A stretch of 64,000 nt of DNA from Octopus bimaculoides (Eukaryota), in contig NC_068986.1 of the NCBI RefSeq assembly GCF_001194135.2, positions 103,582,056 to 103,646,055 of the forward strand, read 5' to 3'. A program made the position numbers and the translations under genes. The notes beneath the pieces were generated by a model, which was given only the letters and a program-made list of their open reading frames with translations, was not told where the DNA came from and ran no database searches. Below, piece by piece: positions 1 through 13,310 of the stretch (position 1 is its first letter; every line of letters begins with the position of its first letter).

Positions 1-58
<58 letters not shown>

Positions 59-70
59 GAGAGAAAGAGA
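1..70. repeat. (GA)n microsatellite; many other (TA)n, (CA)n, (CAT)n and (AAT)n tracts occur throughout the window
   Basis: Direct reading. Confidence 0.95.
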
Positions 71-744
71 GAAAATAAAAGCACTTGATTCAAAAAGTGA
101 AGTATGGATAATTTTTTCTTTTGACAGCACAAATGCTTTTCTTTTCATATAATGGCCATTATTCTTAAACTTGGGATAGGTTTTTGGCTGCAATCGTGTT
201 ATGTGTGTATTCACATACATGCACACACTGACAAGTATGGATGCAGAAATTCTTGTAATAGTTTAACTTACTAGTAATGCAGCCAGAAGTAGTTTTTAAA
301 AGGTCGTACACACATTTATTACCAATTTACTAAAATCTTTTTCTTTAACAATAGCAACATTCATTAATATACACTAACATATAACTAAATACTCTAAACA
401 TTTTGACAGAAATAAATGACACCCTCATCCTTCCAAATATAAAAAAAGGCACTTAACACAATCTGATAACTTTAGTGGAAGTCTCACATTCATAGTTTAG
501 ATGGTAGAATGAAAAATGGATAGATGGAGCCACATAAAAACCACCAAGTACACTCTGTAAAGTGGTTGGCATTAAGAAGGGCATCCAGCTGTAAAAACCA
601 AGCCAAAACTGTTTTATTGAACCTGGTGCAGCCTTTGACCGTGCCAACTCCTGTTGAGACCTCCAACCCATGCCAGTGTGGAAAACAGAGGTTAAATGAT
701 GATAATGACGGATGGATGGGTTCTACATATTGCAGGTATCTATA

Positions 745-915
745 TCATCATCATCATCATCGTTTAACGTCCGCTTTCCATGCTAGCATGGGTTGGACGA
801 TTTGACTGAGGACTGGTGAAACCGGATGGCAGCACCAGGCTCCAGTCTGATTTGGCAGAGTTTCTACAGCTGGATGCCCTTCCTAACGCCAACCACTCAG
901 AGAGTGTAGTGGGTT
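745..915 (-). mobile_element. SINE-like family C (3' part with (ATG)n tail)
   Basis: catcatcat-cgtttaacgtccgctttccatgctagcatgggttggacg...ggatgcccttcctaacgccaacc. Near-identical copies at ~1140-1455(+), 3844-4290(-), 13490-14880(-, spans gap), 19930-20245(+), 29875-30130(-), 37404-37577(-), 49122-49240(-), 51768-51912(+). Confidence 0.85.
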
Positions 916-1983
916 GGAAAAAGTGTTTTTAAAATAGAATGTTAGTGCTATGTGAAAAGCACCTAGTATGTTCTGTATGGTAGTTGGTTTTAGGAAAGGT
1001 ATCAAGCTGTACAAACCATGCCAAAACAAAGGAGCCTGGTACAGCTCCCAGCCTTGCTAGTGCCGACCAAACCGTTCAAGCCATATCAGCATGGGAAACA
1101 GATGTCAAATGATGATGATGAGGACGATGAATGCTGTCGCCTTACTGGCATGTGAAAAGACATTCGAGTGAGGTCGTTGCCAGTGCCACTGGACTGGCTC
1201 CTGTGCAGGTGGCACGTAAAATACACCATTTTGAACATGGCCATTGTCAGTACTGCCCGACTGGCCTTCGTGCTGGTGGCACGTAAAAGCACCCACTACA
1301 CTCTCGGAGTGGTTGGCGTTAGGAAGGGCATCCAGCTGTAGAAACTCTGCCAAATCAGATTGGAGCCTGGTGTAGCCATCTGGTTCGCCAGTCCTCAGTC
1401 AAATTGTCCAACCTATGCTAGCATGGAAGGCGGACGTTAAACGGTGATGATGATGAAAGAGAGAGAGAGCTTTTAAGTGGTCACTTGATGAGCGAGAGAA
1501 ATAGCAGCGGAATATCCTTCAAACCATACAGTTGGATAATGTGGTAGTACTAAATTCACTATGTCTGGAAAACAGACAGGATGCCATGGCTGGGATGTTT
1601 TCAATGATAAGACAGCTAATTCAAACTGGTCTGGAGCTAACAACAATAACTATACAATGCAAGTGGAACATGCTGTCTGTAGGTCAGAGATAGGCAAGTA
1701 CAGCAAAGTGCTTTGCTTAAAACCAAAACAAAATGTTTGTAACTGGATTTTGGGTACTTGACTTGTACAATCAATTCTCCTTAGGAATTCTATTAAGTGG
1801 TCATAAAAACATTTGAATGCATAAGTTTCAAGAGTGTATTAATAAATGAACAGGAATGGTTGCTTGTTTAGGAAGCTTGCTTCCCAACCATGTAATTTCA
1901 GGTTCAGTCCTACAACATGGCACCTTGGGAAAGTGTCTACTACTAAGGTCCCAGATTTGGTGGATGGAAACTAAATGAAACAA

Positions 1984-2218
1984 GGCGGCGAGCTGCCAGA
2001 AACGTTAGCACACCGGGAAAAATGCTCAGCGGTATTTCGTCTGCCGTTACATTCTGAGTTCAAATTCTGCCAAGGTCGTCTTTGCCTTTCATCCTTTCGG
2101 GGTCGATAAATTAAGTACCAGTTACGAACTGGGGGTCGATGTAATCGACTTAATCCCTTTGTCTGTCCTTGTTTGTCCCCTCTATGTTTAGCCCCTTGTG
2201 GGCAATAAAGAAATAGGA
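1984..2218 (+). mobile_element. tRNA-derived SINE family B
   Basis: GGCGGCGAGCTG...GAGTTCAAATTC B-box-like, tail aaagaaata. Other copies at ~9408-9585(-), 17483-17709(+), 25805-26036(-), 33458-33688(-), 39330-39563(-), 42188-42406(-), 43073-43300(+). Confidence 0.85.
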
Positions 2219-2515
2219 AACTAAATGAAACAATATCGTGCCATTATCATTCGTTTCTAATATTCTGTGGAACTATGTCTGGCCATGGGGGAATATTACC
2301 TTACTTAGAAACAAGTGAGGGTTGGCAACAGGAAGAGCATCCAGTCATTGAAAATTTGTCTAAACAAATTCCATCTAACTCATGCAAGTATGGAAAAGCA
2401 GATGTTAAACAATGATGATGATAATGAAGAGGAGTCTCATAAATGCAAAAATACCCAACTCAGCTGTAAAATGAAGGTTCTTAGAATTACTTCATATTTT
2501 TCTCTGCAAACTTAC

Positions 2516-2799
2516 CATGTGGATATGCAATGCATGTAGCACAAGTCTTGGAAATGGCACCAGAAAGCATGCAGTAGAGGAAATCTGATGGTTTCCGTTC
2601 ATTGTTAGTGTAGCTGCCACTCTGCTTTTGATTATTGTAGGCAAGGAACCGGCTCTTGAGAGCTTCATATATCACAAAATGAATAACGGTTTCAGTCATT
2701 CCAAAGTAGGAAGCAGTGATGCCTTTGTAGAAACCTCTAACACCACTCTGTTGGTAAATGTTCTTAATACAGTCACGACACTTTAAACTGTTGTCTTTT
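2516..2799 (-). CDS. SLC25A36: SLC25A36-like coding exon 6 (284 nt)
   Basis: tattttcag|A AAA GAC ... CCA CAT G|gtaagt. Lies within ORF 2487..2816: KDNSLKCRDCIKNIYQQSGVRGFYKGITASYFGMTETVIHFVIYEALK...SKTCATCIAYPH. Confidence 0.96.
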
Positions 2800-4320
2800 C
2801 TGAAAATAGAAAACAAATTTGGTCAATAGTTGTGAATAGCATTTTTTAGAATAAATTTACTGAATTTTAACTTTAGCATTCAGATCACTTTGTCAAAGCA
2901 ATATTTATTTAATCATTCTAAATTCTATAATAATATTTTATTAAATAATATTTATTTAATATTAAATAACAATATTTTAATATTAAATAATATTTATTTA
3001 ATCATTCTAAATTAATCACACAATCTTGTAGCTTCAAGATTTCAATGGTGCAGTGAATTTTTAGAATGGCATGGTAGGTCAGTTGTGAGAGACCAGATCT
3101 AGCCAGTTTGGACATGAAACCAGTATTATATTTGGGCCAGATACGGCCAGTTTAAAGGCTAGAGTTAATAATGATGATGATAATGATGTTCAGCCCTTTA
3201 ACCAATACAGAGATTGAGAGCCATCTGCTAAAGCTCTTATGAGATTTGAACTTAGCACTACTAACTTTAAAAATAAGATTACATTCATTAACATTAACCC
3301 TTTTGTGACCATAATTTACAGAAATACATTGCCTTTGTTTCCATTGATTTTCAAAATTATAAAGAATTCAGTTAAATAAATGTCATTATAAATCTGGGTT
3401 TTCAAACATAATTTAACAAGAAATTTTGGAGGGGGGGGGGGGTTAATTTAGACAACTTTAAAACAAGACATATGCATCATAGAACCAGAGGGGTTGAGTG
3501 GGTCGATAACAAATGAGATAGTCACAGTTTCCAATCAAGAAGTACACCAGTTGTCAGCCAAGGCAACTGAGACAATAAAAGTTGAAGATTTCCTGGTGTA
3601 ATGACTTGGTTAGAATTTTAAATGCACCACAACTGCTCCAAGAAGTAAAAACTGAATAAAGAGGTACCATGATATAAAAAACATGGAACTTATTCCTGAA
3701 GTGTCTTTGTTAGGGATCAGAAATTGAATAAAAACTGATCCTTTGGCTAAATAATCCAATAATTCAACAACATGGCTACCATAAAATGTAACCTTCATTG
3801 AATTGAATTTAAATACAAATTCAAATTTTGCTGAAATAAAACATCATCATCATCATTTAACGTCTGCTTTCCATGCTAGCATGGGTTGGACGATTTGACT
3901 GAGGACTGGCGAACCAGATGGCTACACCAGGCTCCAATCTGATTTGGCAGAGTTTCTACAGCTGGATGCCCTTCCTAACGCCAACCACTCCAAGAGTGTA
4001 GTGGGTGCTTTTATGTGCCACTGGCATGAAGGCCAGTCAGGCGGTACTGGCAATGACCACACTCAAAATGGTGTATTTTACATGCCACATGCACAGGAGC
4101 CAGTCCAGCAGCACTGGCAACGAACTCGCTCGAATGTTTTTTCACGTGCCACCGGCACAAGTGCCAGTAAGGAGACGCCGGCAACGATCATGCTCATATG
4201 GTGCTATTTACGTGTGACTGGCACAGAAGCCAGACAGCTGCCTTGGCAATGATCACGCTTGGACAGTGCTCTTAGCGCTCCACTGGTACAGGTGCCAACA
4301 TGATTCCACAGAATTAAATA

Positions 4321-4352
<32 letters not shown>

Positions 4353-4663
4353 TGGTGGAGAGATGGCTAAAGAAATAAAAGCAATGGTAATGTACGGTTG
4401 TGTAGTTAAGTGTACTTTCCAACCAAATGGTTTTGGGTTCAGTCCCACCATGCAGCACTAAGGGAAAGTGTCTTCCACTAGAGCTTTAGGCTAACCAAAG
4501 CTTTCTCAGAACAGACAGAAACTTGAAAAAAGCTCATCAGGTGTGTGTGTGTGTGTGTTTGCTTCCATTTGCACTTCTCTGAAAATTGAGTTACAAGCAG
4601 TGAAGTTGTTATAATTTCTTCTGTCGGCAAATCATCAGCTTTATACTTTTGAAGGCAAGTGAA

Positions 4664-5564
4664 NNNNNNNNNNNNNNNNNNNNNNNNNNNNNNNNNNNNN
4701 NNNNNNNNNNNNNNNNNNNNNNNNNNNNNNNNNNNNNNNNNNNNNNNNNNNNNNNNNNNNNNNNNNNNNNNNNNNNNNNNNNNNNNNNNNNNNNNNNNNN
4801 NNNNNNNNNNNNNNNNNNNNNNNNNNNNNNNNNNNNNNNNNNNNNNNNNNNNNNNNNNNNNNNNNNNNNNNNNNNNNNNNNNNNNNNNNNNNNNNNNNNN
4901 NNNNNNNNNNNNNNNNNNNNNNNNNNNNNNNNNNNNNNNNNNNNNNNNNNNNNNNNNNNNNNNNNNNNNNNNNNNNNNNNNNNNNNNNNNNNNNNNNNNN
5001 NNNNNNNNNNNNNNNNNNNNNNNNNNNNNNNNNNNNNNNNNNNNNNNNNNNNNNNNNNNNNNNNNNNNNNNNNNNNNNNNNNNNNNNNNNNNNNNNNNNN
5101 NNNNNNNNNNNNNNNNNNNNNNNNNNNNNNNNNNNNNNNNNNNNNNNNNNNNNNNNNNNNNNNNNNNNNNNNNNNNNNNNNNNNNNNNNNNNNNNNNNNN
5201 NNNNNNNNNNNNNNNNNNNNNNNNNNNNNNNNNNNNNNNNNNNNNNNNNNNNNNNNNNNNNNNNNNNNNNNNNNNNNNNNNNNNNNNNNNNNNNNNNNNN
5301 NNNNNNNNNNNNNNNNNNNNNNNNNNNNNNNNNNNNNNNNNNNNNNNNNNNNNNNNNNNNNNNNNNNNNNNNNNNNNNNNNNNNNNNNNNNNNNNNNNNN
5401 NNNNNNNNNNNNNNNNNNNNNNNNNNNNNNNNNNNNNNNNNNNNNNNNNNNNNNNNNNNNNNNNNNNNNNNNNNNNNNNNNNNNNNNNNNNNNNNNNNNN
5501 NNNNNNNNNNNNNNNNNNNNNNNNNNNNNNNNNNNNNNNNNNNNNNNNNNNNNNNNNNNNNNNN
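4664..5564. other. Assembly gap (N run); other large gaps at ~13858-14694, 18267-18809, 26935-27610, 31618-31882, 33805-34740, 37758-38236 and 60833-61739
   Basis: Runs of N. Confidence 0.99.
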
Positions 5565-5910
5565 GTCTGTCACAGGAGAACAGCTTCTCTTTTACAAGAA
5601 ATGTATGTTCATAATATGATCAAATATGAAAATAGAACCTCAAAATAATAACTGGCATATTCATTTTTAAAACATTCTGGAAGATTTGAAGAAGAATATG
5701 CTAAATATCGTTGTGTCTGTCACAGGAGAACAGCTTCTCTTTTACAAGAAATGTATGTTCATAATATGATCAAATATGAAAATAGAACCTCAAAACAATA
5801 ACTGGTATATTCATTCATAAAATATTCTGGAAGATTTGAAGAAGAATATGCTAAATATTATTGTGTCTGTCACAGGAGAGCAGCTTCTCTTTTACAAGAA
5901 ATGTATGTTC
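5565..5910. repeat. 150-bp tandem repeat (2.3 visible units, abutting an N gap)
   Basis: Unit starts gtctgtcacaggagaacagc at 5565, 5715 and 5865. Confidence 0.9.
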
Positions 5911-6439
5911 ATAACACCTGAGTCATTAGTACAAGAGATTCTGGAAGAACCGGTGTTTCAACAATATTGTATCTCATCAGTCAGAAGCACTCCCAGACCA
6001 ACAAATCTAACAAGAACCAATAATCTACTATAATAATACTCTTGTGTTTTTCTCCATCACAACATATGAATGAGAAAGGAAGGGGCAATAGATGAATAAG
6101 GAAGGAAGGGGTGATGGCAAACTGGTAGTGGGATGGTGAACATTCAATGCTGAAAAGAAAAATCAAACAACATTTCAATTGTGTGTGTGTGTGTGTGTAT
6201 GTACAAGGGAAGTATGTGAATATATTCGAACATTGACAAGTGTATTAATTTGATTTACCATCCATATTTATATATAAAATACTACAATTAGTTGTCATTT
6301 TGGCAGCACGGGGCTAGCTAGTCTTGTTTATAATTTCTGTGAACAAACATTACTGATCTATGTTGATATCTATCATCATCATTCATCATTTTGAATCAGG
6401 GTTTTGTACCCGTTAACAGGGGTGGCCAGATCTACCTCA

Positions 6440-6770
6440 ATGCCATAGCAACCACCCTCACACCATCTCGCCCAGTTTTGGGCGTCTGCCCCTTCTCAAG
6501 CCAACCCTTCCAATCTACTCCTCCACTTATCCCCTCTACATTTTCCTCGCTCTAACTCACTTTCGCTGTTCATTTACCTCAAACTCTAGCATCCTCTTCA
6601 GAACATGCTCCTCATCCTTCCTCAACACATGCCCATACCATCGCACTCCAGTCCGCCCTTGCCAGCCACTCCATTGATTCCTCCAGCCCCAGAATCCCCA
6701 ATCAATTCCTCAGTCCTCCTCTTATCAAACAGCCTCACGCTACACATAAACTGTCAAATGCATGGTGCAC
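6440..6770 (-). mobile_element. Decayed RTE-clade LINE 3' fragment
   Basis: Minus-strand translation includes ...WYGHVLRKDEEHVLKRMLEFEVN..., resembling the RTE ORF C-terminus. Confidence 0.7.
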
Positions 6771-8228
6771 AGCAAGAATCAAAATGAGGATTTACATATT
6801 TACTAATATATTCAGAGGATTACTGTTTATAAGGGGATTATTTATACTGGCGGCCAGACAAACAAGAGTAGGGGCTGCAGTAAACTAGACAGATAGTGGA
6901 AAACTTATGTCGCCAGCAAAACAGGTGATAATCGACAGCCAGGTGTACAGAGGCAAGGATTGTATAAATTCATTTTAAAAGAGCTGTTTACATTCAAACC
7001 TAAATCCTCAGTGAATCTGCATTTTCATATTTGAAATAAAAATCATGAAGATGAAAGCCACCACATGGCACAGGGGTGGCTGTGTGGTAAGTAGCTTGCT
7101 TACCAACCACATGGTTCTGGGTTCAGTCCCACTGCGTGGCACCTTGGGCGAGTGTCTTCTACTATAGCCGCGGGCCGACCAAAGCCTGGTGAGTGGATTT
7201 AGTAGATGGAAACTGAAATAAGCCCGTCATATATATGTATATATATATTCTTTTATTTGTTTCAGTCATTTGACTGTGGTCATGCTGGAGCACCACCTTT
7301 AGTTGAACACATCAACTCTAGGACTTATTCTTTGTAAGCCTCGTACTTATTCTATCAGACTCTTGCCGAACTGTTAAGTTACAGAGACGTAAACACACCA
7401 ACATTAGTTGTCAAGTGATGATGGTGGGACAAACACAGACACACCATCACACATATATATATATATTATGATCATGAAATTAGCATCAGCTTATCTCACT
7501 CTTTCTCATGGAACCCCTAGGAACCTTTTCCAGAACCCTAGGATTCCGGGAAACCCTGGTTGAAAAACACTGCTCTAAGCATAAAAGTGATGATGGTCAT
7601 TAGTTGGAAAGCTTTTGATTACAAGTCTGCTCTATCAACACGAAAGAAGGTATATTCATTCAACATTTTGGTTTATTGAACTCTGATTACAGAATAAAAT
7701 ATTTGCACCTTTTTAAACATATTTATTAGGTGCAGGTATGGGTTGCAAGTAAACAGCTCAGTTTGCAACCATGTAGCTTTGGGTTCAGTCTCAGAGTACA
7801 GCACCTTGGACAAGTGCCTTCAACTACAACCCTGGGTCAACCAATGCCTTGGGAGTGAATCTGGTAGATGGATGTAGAAGCTCACTATGTGTGTGTGTGT
7901 GTGCATGTGTGTGTATCCACCACCACCACTACCAGACTGCTTGACAACTGGTGTTGGTTAGCTTAGTTCAGCAAAAGAGACCAACAAAATAAGTACCAGA
8001 TTTAAACAAATAAGTACAGGGGTTAATTTGTTTGATTAACCCCTTCAAGGCAGTACCCTAGAATAGCCACAATTCAATGACTGAAGAAAGTAAACGATAA
8101 AAAAAATTCTTGATGAGATTTATAAAACTGAAGCAGTCAACAAACATTACCATTGTTATCTGGTCTCTAGTAAAATTTTTCTATTTCAAAGAAATGTTTT
8201 TAAAAAAAAAGTACAAAGAGCAACTTAC

Positions 8229-8329
8229 CAGCTGCTAATGCAGAGAAAATGTGGACCAGAGGTGTATCAGGTGCCAATACTGAATTTAGGGTCATTTTCA
8301 TATTAGCATATGCAAAAAAGTACAAAGCC
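8229..8329 (-). CDS. SLC25A36: SLC25A36-like coding exon 4 (101 nt)
   Basis: ttttttgcag|G GCT TTG TAC TTT TTT GCA TAT ... GCA GCT G|gtaagt, translating to ALYFFAYANMKMTLNSVLAPDTPLVHIFSALAAG. Confidence 0.93.
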
Positions 8330-8400
8330 CTGCAAAAAAGAGAAAAATAGAAGTTCATTTCAGTATTCAACAAGGGTGTGTTAGCTATCTTCAGAATGTA

Positions 8401-8879
8401 TTAACCGTTTTGTTACCGTATCTATTTTGAGATGCTCTGTGTTTCTTTCAATTTTGAATATAATATAGAATTTAGTAAAATAACTTAGTTATCATTAAGC
8501 TAGAGTTATGAACATAAATTGTGATTAAAGTCTGATGGAAAATTTTAGTTCAGAACATATGAAAACAAGACATTTGTACTACAGAACCAGAGGCAGTTTC
8601 AGCTGAGTTGGTATCGAAAGGGTTAAGAATTGTTTCTCTATTATATATTTTCACCCTTTGTTGCCATACTTCTGTTGAAATGCTCTGTGTTTCTTTGAAT
8701 TAATTTTAAATTTAACTGAGAATTTAGTAAAATAACTTAGTTATCATTAAGCTAGATTTTGAGAACATAAATTGTGACTAAGGTTTGCTGGAAGATCTTA
8801 ATTCAAAACTTATGAAAACAAGACATTTGTACAACAGAATCAGAGGCAGTTTCTGCCAGGTTGGTATCGAAAGGGTTAA
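8401..8879. mobile_element. Two adjacent piggyBac-like MITEs (TTAA-CCCTTT...AAAGGG-TTAA)
   Basis: ~225-bp units at 8401-8626 and 8650-8879 ending gaaagggTTAA. Related copies at ~3295-3510, 12770-13410 (interrupted by a LINE) and 32425-33063 (interrupted by SINE A). Confidence 0.75.
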
Positions 8880-11800
8880 TAAAATAGTTTCCAAAAAACT
8901 AGCATTAAATACGTCAATATGGTCAGCGAACATGGTTAAAATTAGTGGCCAAATTTCATTCGGACCACACACGTAAAAAAAAACCCCAGAATATATTACA
9001 TAATATAGATTGAGAAAAATAATAAATACTAAGTCAAGATGATTAATGCTTAACTGTTTTTCATCATGTGTCTTTTTGATCAGATTCAACTTATTCAAGG
9101 TCAAACTGAGGCTAAATTGCCACAACCAGCAATGGTCCCCAACCCTTCTTGATTCTTTTTAAGAACCTGCTCTCCGATCATTATCATCACAACTGCCAAT
9201 ACCACTACCACCATTGTTTTAACATGCTTGCATAGGTTGGATGAAGTTCATTGAGTCAAATTTTCATATATACCCAGTTTTTATTATCTCAATCTTTATT
9301 TGTCAGACCACTAAGTTACAGGACAGAAAGATACACAACAGTAACTGGCTTAAACATAAACACACACACACACATATATATATATATGATGGGCTACGCA
9401 CAGTTTCTTATTTCTTTATTGCCCAAAGGGGCTAAACATAGACAGGACAAACAAAGGGATTAAATCGATTACATGGAGCCCAGTATGTAACTGGTACTTA
9501 ATTTATCGACCCCGAAAGGATGAAAGGCAAAGTCGACCTCGGTGGAATTTGAACTTAGAAGGTAGCAGCAGACGAAATACCGCTGAGTGAGTGAGTGCAT
9601 GTCAGCAATTTCTTACACAATAGTAATATAGGCCAATAATTTCTTATAGTTATGATAAATAATCAGAATTTCTGAAAAGAAATGAAGATTATTGACATAA
9701 GATTCTGACCTAAAATTACACACACAACCTTAGAGAGTATATTAAGGGGTAAATTGAAGTTGAGAGAGGGTAAGTGGGAGATGGAAATGACAGAGTGAAT
9801 AAATAAACAGCTGAATGTGTAGACAGTACGAACAGATGTTAGGTAAATAATTTCATTGTAAAAGAAAATAAAGCAAACACAATGACATGGACAGTAAACT
9901 AGATTAGTCGAGGTGTGGTTTGTTAGGACAGCCATAACAGACAAGTGAGAATTCAATTATAAATCAACAAAATTATATAAGTTGTGCATTGAAAAACATG
10001 TATTGTTATGTAAGATTCATTCCGCTGCACAACACCCAGGGCATGAGATTTCTGATATGGCCTTAGGTTGACTTAATCCTTTTGATACCAACTTGCTTGA
10101 AATTACCCCTGGTTCTATGATACAAACTTGTTAAAATAGTCACTTGTGTAACATACCTAATGAAAATACACCATTATAATATAAATCAAAACCGAGGTGA
10201 ACATTGTCTCAGCAGTGACTCACAAAAATGTCAGACATGTTTTGATCTTGTTAGGCCTTGTCAATGACATGTACCTAGTTAGAACACACCTAAATGAAAT
10301 CTACTTCTGAAATATAGCAAACAGTGGATGGCTGCAACAAGGAGTGTTTCAGTGTGGGGAGGATTCTTGGAGCATTGTAAGAATAAATAAATTGACCCTG
10401 CTATATCTATTTAGTATTGTTTCCCCCATTTGTATTTCTAGATGTGTGTGGGTCAAGCAGGACTGAAGGCACTGGTCTTCTGTGGTAGCACATCCACCCC
10501 TCGGGATGTTTCTGGCTGCACAGTTCCTCAGTAAACGCCCTTCACCAAATGTCTGAGGGTGGTAGTATGACCACTGTGAAAAAAGTTAGAGAGCTCAGAG
10601 CAAGCCCTGTTGGTAGGCATACAAAAATATAGGATGATGGAAAATGGCCTAGTCCACACAGAATCCATCAGCTTCTGTGCGGATGGTGAGGCAAAAAAAC
10701 GTGTGTGAGTATGCCATGTCTCTACTCATGTCTACATTGCTCTAAAAACTGATGTTGTTTGTCTCTCCTTTTATGTCCATTAATTTGGCAGTTAAAGATC
10801 TTTGAAATAGTGCCAAATTGAAACAAAGACCAGGGTTGCCCTTAAGAGATTAGACAGACACTGGAATTGGTAAAAATATCTGTCAACTTGTTTTTCTGTT
10901 TATGGTCTAGTTACGAGGAAGGGGTATCCACAATATTTTGATAAGATATTAACGAGGCCTCTCTCTCTCTCCTTCACTCACTCATGCAACTTACCCAACC
11001 ATGTCATTTCTCTCTCCTGTCTACTGCATCATCATTCTGCTGTTATCAGTCATCTTATTCTCATGCCCACTTCCATCACTAACTCATGCACTGTTAGTTA
11101 TCCACCATTCACAAAATCTGCCCTTACTTTGCCCATGCCCCCCCCCCCCATTCTCTTACAATCTCTTTGTCCTTTCTGCCCCACTCATTTTTACGCACCT
11201 TCTACTCTGAAGGTCCACCCTGTCACTACATCATCACTCTTTTTTTAATTGCTTTCCAGCTCCACCAGGTGACTCCCACTCTCTTTTCTAAAACGGGGGT
11301 GGTCAGGTAGCTGCTCTACAGCAGGAAACCTGCTCCAGTTCCCTTCTCTCATACTTTTACCCCCCCTCAACTCCTAATATAAAGCTTCCCTCTGGAGTTC
11401 AGTTTCGACAGGTGCTTCATTTCCTCAACACTGGAGGAATGAAGAGGAAAGTTTACCTCAGCAGGATTTGAAATCAAAATAAACACAGCAAAGCAATTTT
11501 GCCAACATCTAACAATTCTGCTACCTTGCCAACATTTTATGTAATATCATCACCATCATCGTTCAACGTTTTCTCAGCTGGTATGGGTTGGATGCTTTGA
11601 TAGCAGCTAGCAAGCTAGAGAGCTGCGCTAGATGCTAATTGTTGGTTTTTGCATGCTTTCTCAGCCACTCTACAGAGCGTACTGGGTGCCTTTTCTTATG
11701 TGGCACCAGCATGGGTGCTTTGTACATGACACCTGCACATATTATTGATGATGATGACGACACCGATGACATAGTTAAAAAAAGGCACAAGAGAGGAGAC

Positions 11801-11907
11801 TACATCAACCTAAGTACTTGACTGGTCTCTGAATTTATTTGCACTGGAAGGATGAAAAGCAAAGTTGATCTTAGCAGGATGTAGACTTGGAATATACAGG
11901 ATTATAA

Positions 11908-12322
11908 CTCTTTTGCCTGTTTCAGTCATTTTACTGTGGCCATGCTGGAGCACCGCCTTTAGTTGAGAAAATCAACCCCAGGACTTATTCTTTGTAAGCT
12001 TAGTACTTATTCTATCGGTCTCTTTTTGCCGAACCGCTAAGTTATGGGGACATAAACACACCACCATCGGTTGTCAAGCGATGGTTGGGAGACAAACACA
12101 GACATACAAACACACACATATATATATATATATAGAGAGAGAGAGATATACACATATATACGACGGGCTTCTTCCAGTTTCCGTCTACCAAATCCACTCA
12201 TAAGGCTTTGGTCGGCCCGGCTATAGTAGAAGACACTTGCCCAAGGTGCCATGCAGTGGGACTGAACCCAGAACCATGTGGTTGGTAAGCAAGCTACTTA
12301 CCACCCAGCCATTCCTGCACCT
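11908..12322 (-). mobile_element. tRNA-derived SINE family A (head, internal TA/CA microsatellite, tail ending gtaaaagag)
   Basis: GGCGCAGGAGTGGCTGTGTGGTAAG...GGTTCAGTCCC head. Other copies at ~26086-26458(+), 32531-32942(+), 38250-38412(-), 43848-44215(+), 46075-46345(+), 51430-51755(+), 59196-59410(-, tail only). Confidence 0.85.
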
Positions 12323-13069
12323 ATGGCAACAATCTGGATACTTAATGATACTTATTATCAACAATCCAGATACTTACTGATTGGCAACAGTCCGGATATT
12401 ATGGACACAGTCCGGATATTTATTGATACATCTGATGAATAAGTATCCAGAGAGAGGCATATGTATAAACATATGCGTGCGTGCGTGTGCATAGGAGTAC
12501 TCACATGCACATTTTCAAGATTCCATTTTTTATTGACATGTAATTCTATGAAGTTTATTTGATATTAAATAGCAGCTTTTGACTCCAGGATTAGAAATAC
12601 ATTCAAAAACACACTAGTCAAGCCATTTATGTTCTGATCTTATAAAGCGATGGTTATAACAGTGCTAGTCTTAATTGTCCTGGATGAAAACATACGTCAT
12701 TTCGACTTCCACAAGTGAAATGTTAGTAGCAGTAACTAATGCATCGACATGGGTATAAACATTTTTCAAATACTTTGTTACTATACTACTAATGATATAT
12801 ATTACCTTTGCTTTAATTAATTTTGAAAACAATGAAGGACTTGGTGAAATAATTGTCTTTATTAAGCTGGTGTTTGGAACACAAATTAACATGAAATTTT
12901 CCTGAAAGGTTTTGATTTAGATCGCTTTCATCCTTTTGCAGTCAAATTTCTGTTGACATACATTACTTTTGCCTTGGAAACAATAATGAATTGTTATGTG
13001 ACAATCTTACATTTGTTTTACACAGTTCTTTGCATTTTTATTGAACTATGGAAGGTCCTTTGAGCTGTT

Positions 13070-13310
13070 AAGGTTAGTTAATAGAGGGCATTCAAGGCAG
13101 TCCTTCATAATATGGCCTGCTTTGCCACCTTCACAGGTGGTTGGGCCAGTGTTGTGCACCATCTGATCATAGCAAACTTTTGATTGCCCAGTTTTAATTC
13201 TCAAGTGATTGAGTGCCTTCAACTGAATCCATGGTGCTTCTGAGCCAAGAGAGAAGTCTTCAGCAAGAGGAGGGATTTTTTGTGTCAATTGGAAGAGGGT
13301 TGTTCTCCAG
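13070..13310 (-). mobile_element. Decayed RTEX-like LINE 3' fragment nested in a piggyBac-like MITE
   Basis: ORF 13046..13288: WIQLKALNHLRIKTGQSK...TTCEGG..HIMKDCLECPL resembles the LNRLRTG..C..TM.HIL.CP C-terminal motif. Confidence 0.6.

Noticed and set aside
12325-12450. Degenerate caacaatccggatactta repeats with a CTGATGA
   Set aside because: No downstream GAAA or stems, so not a hammerhead; probably an old MITE remnant. The spacing is not CRISPR-like and the DNA is eukaryotic.
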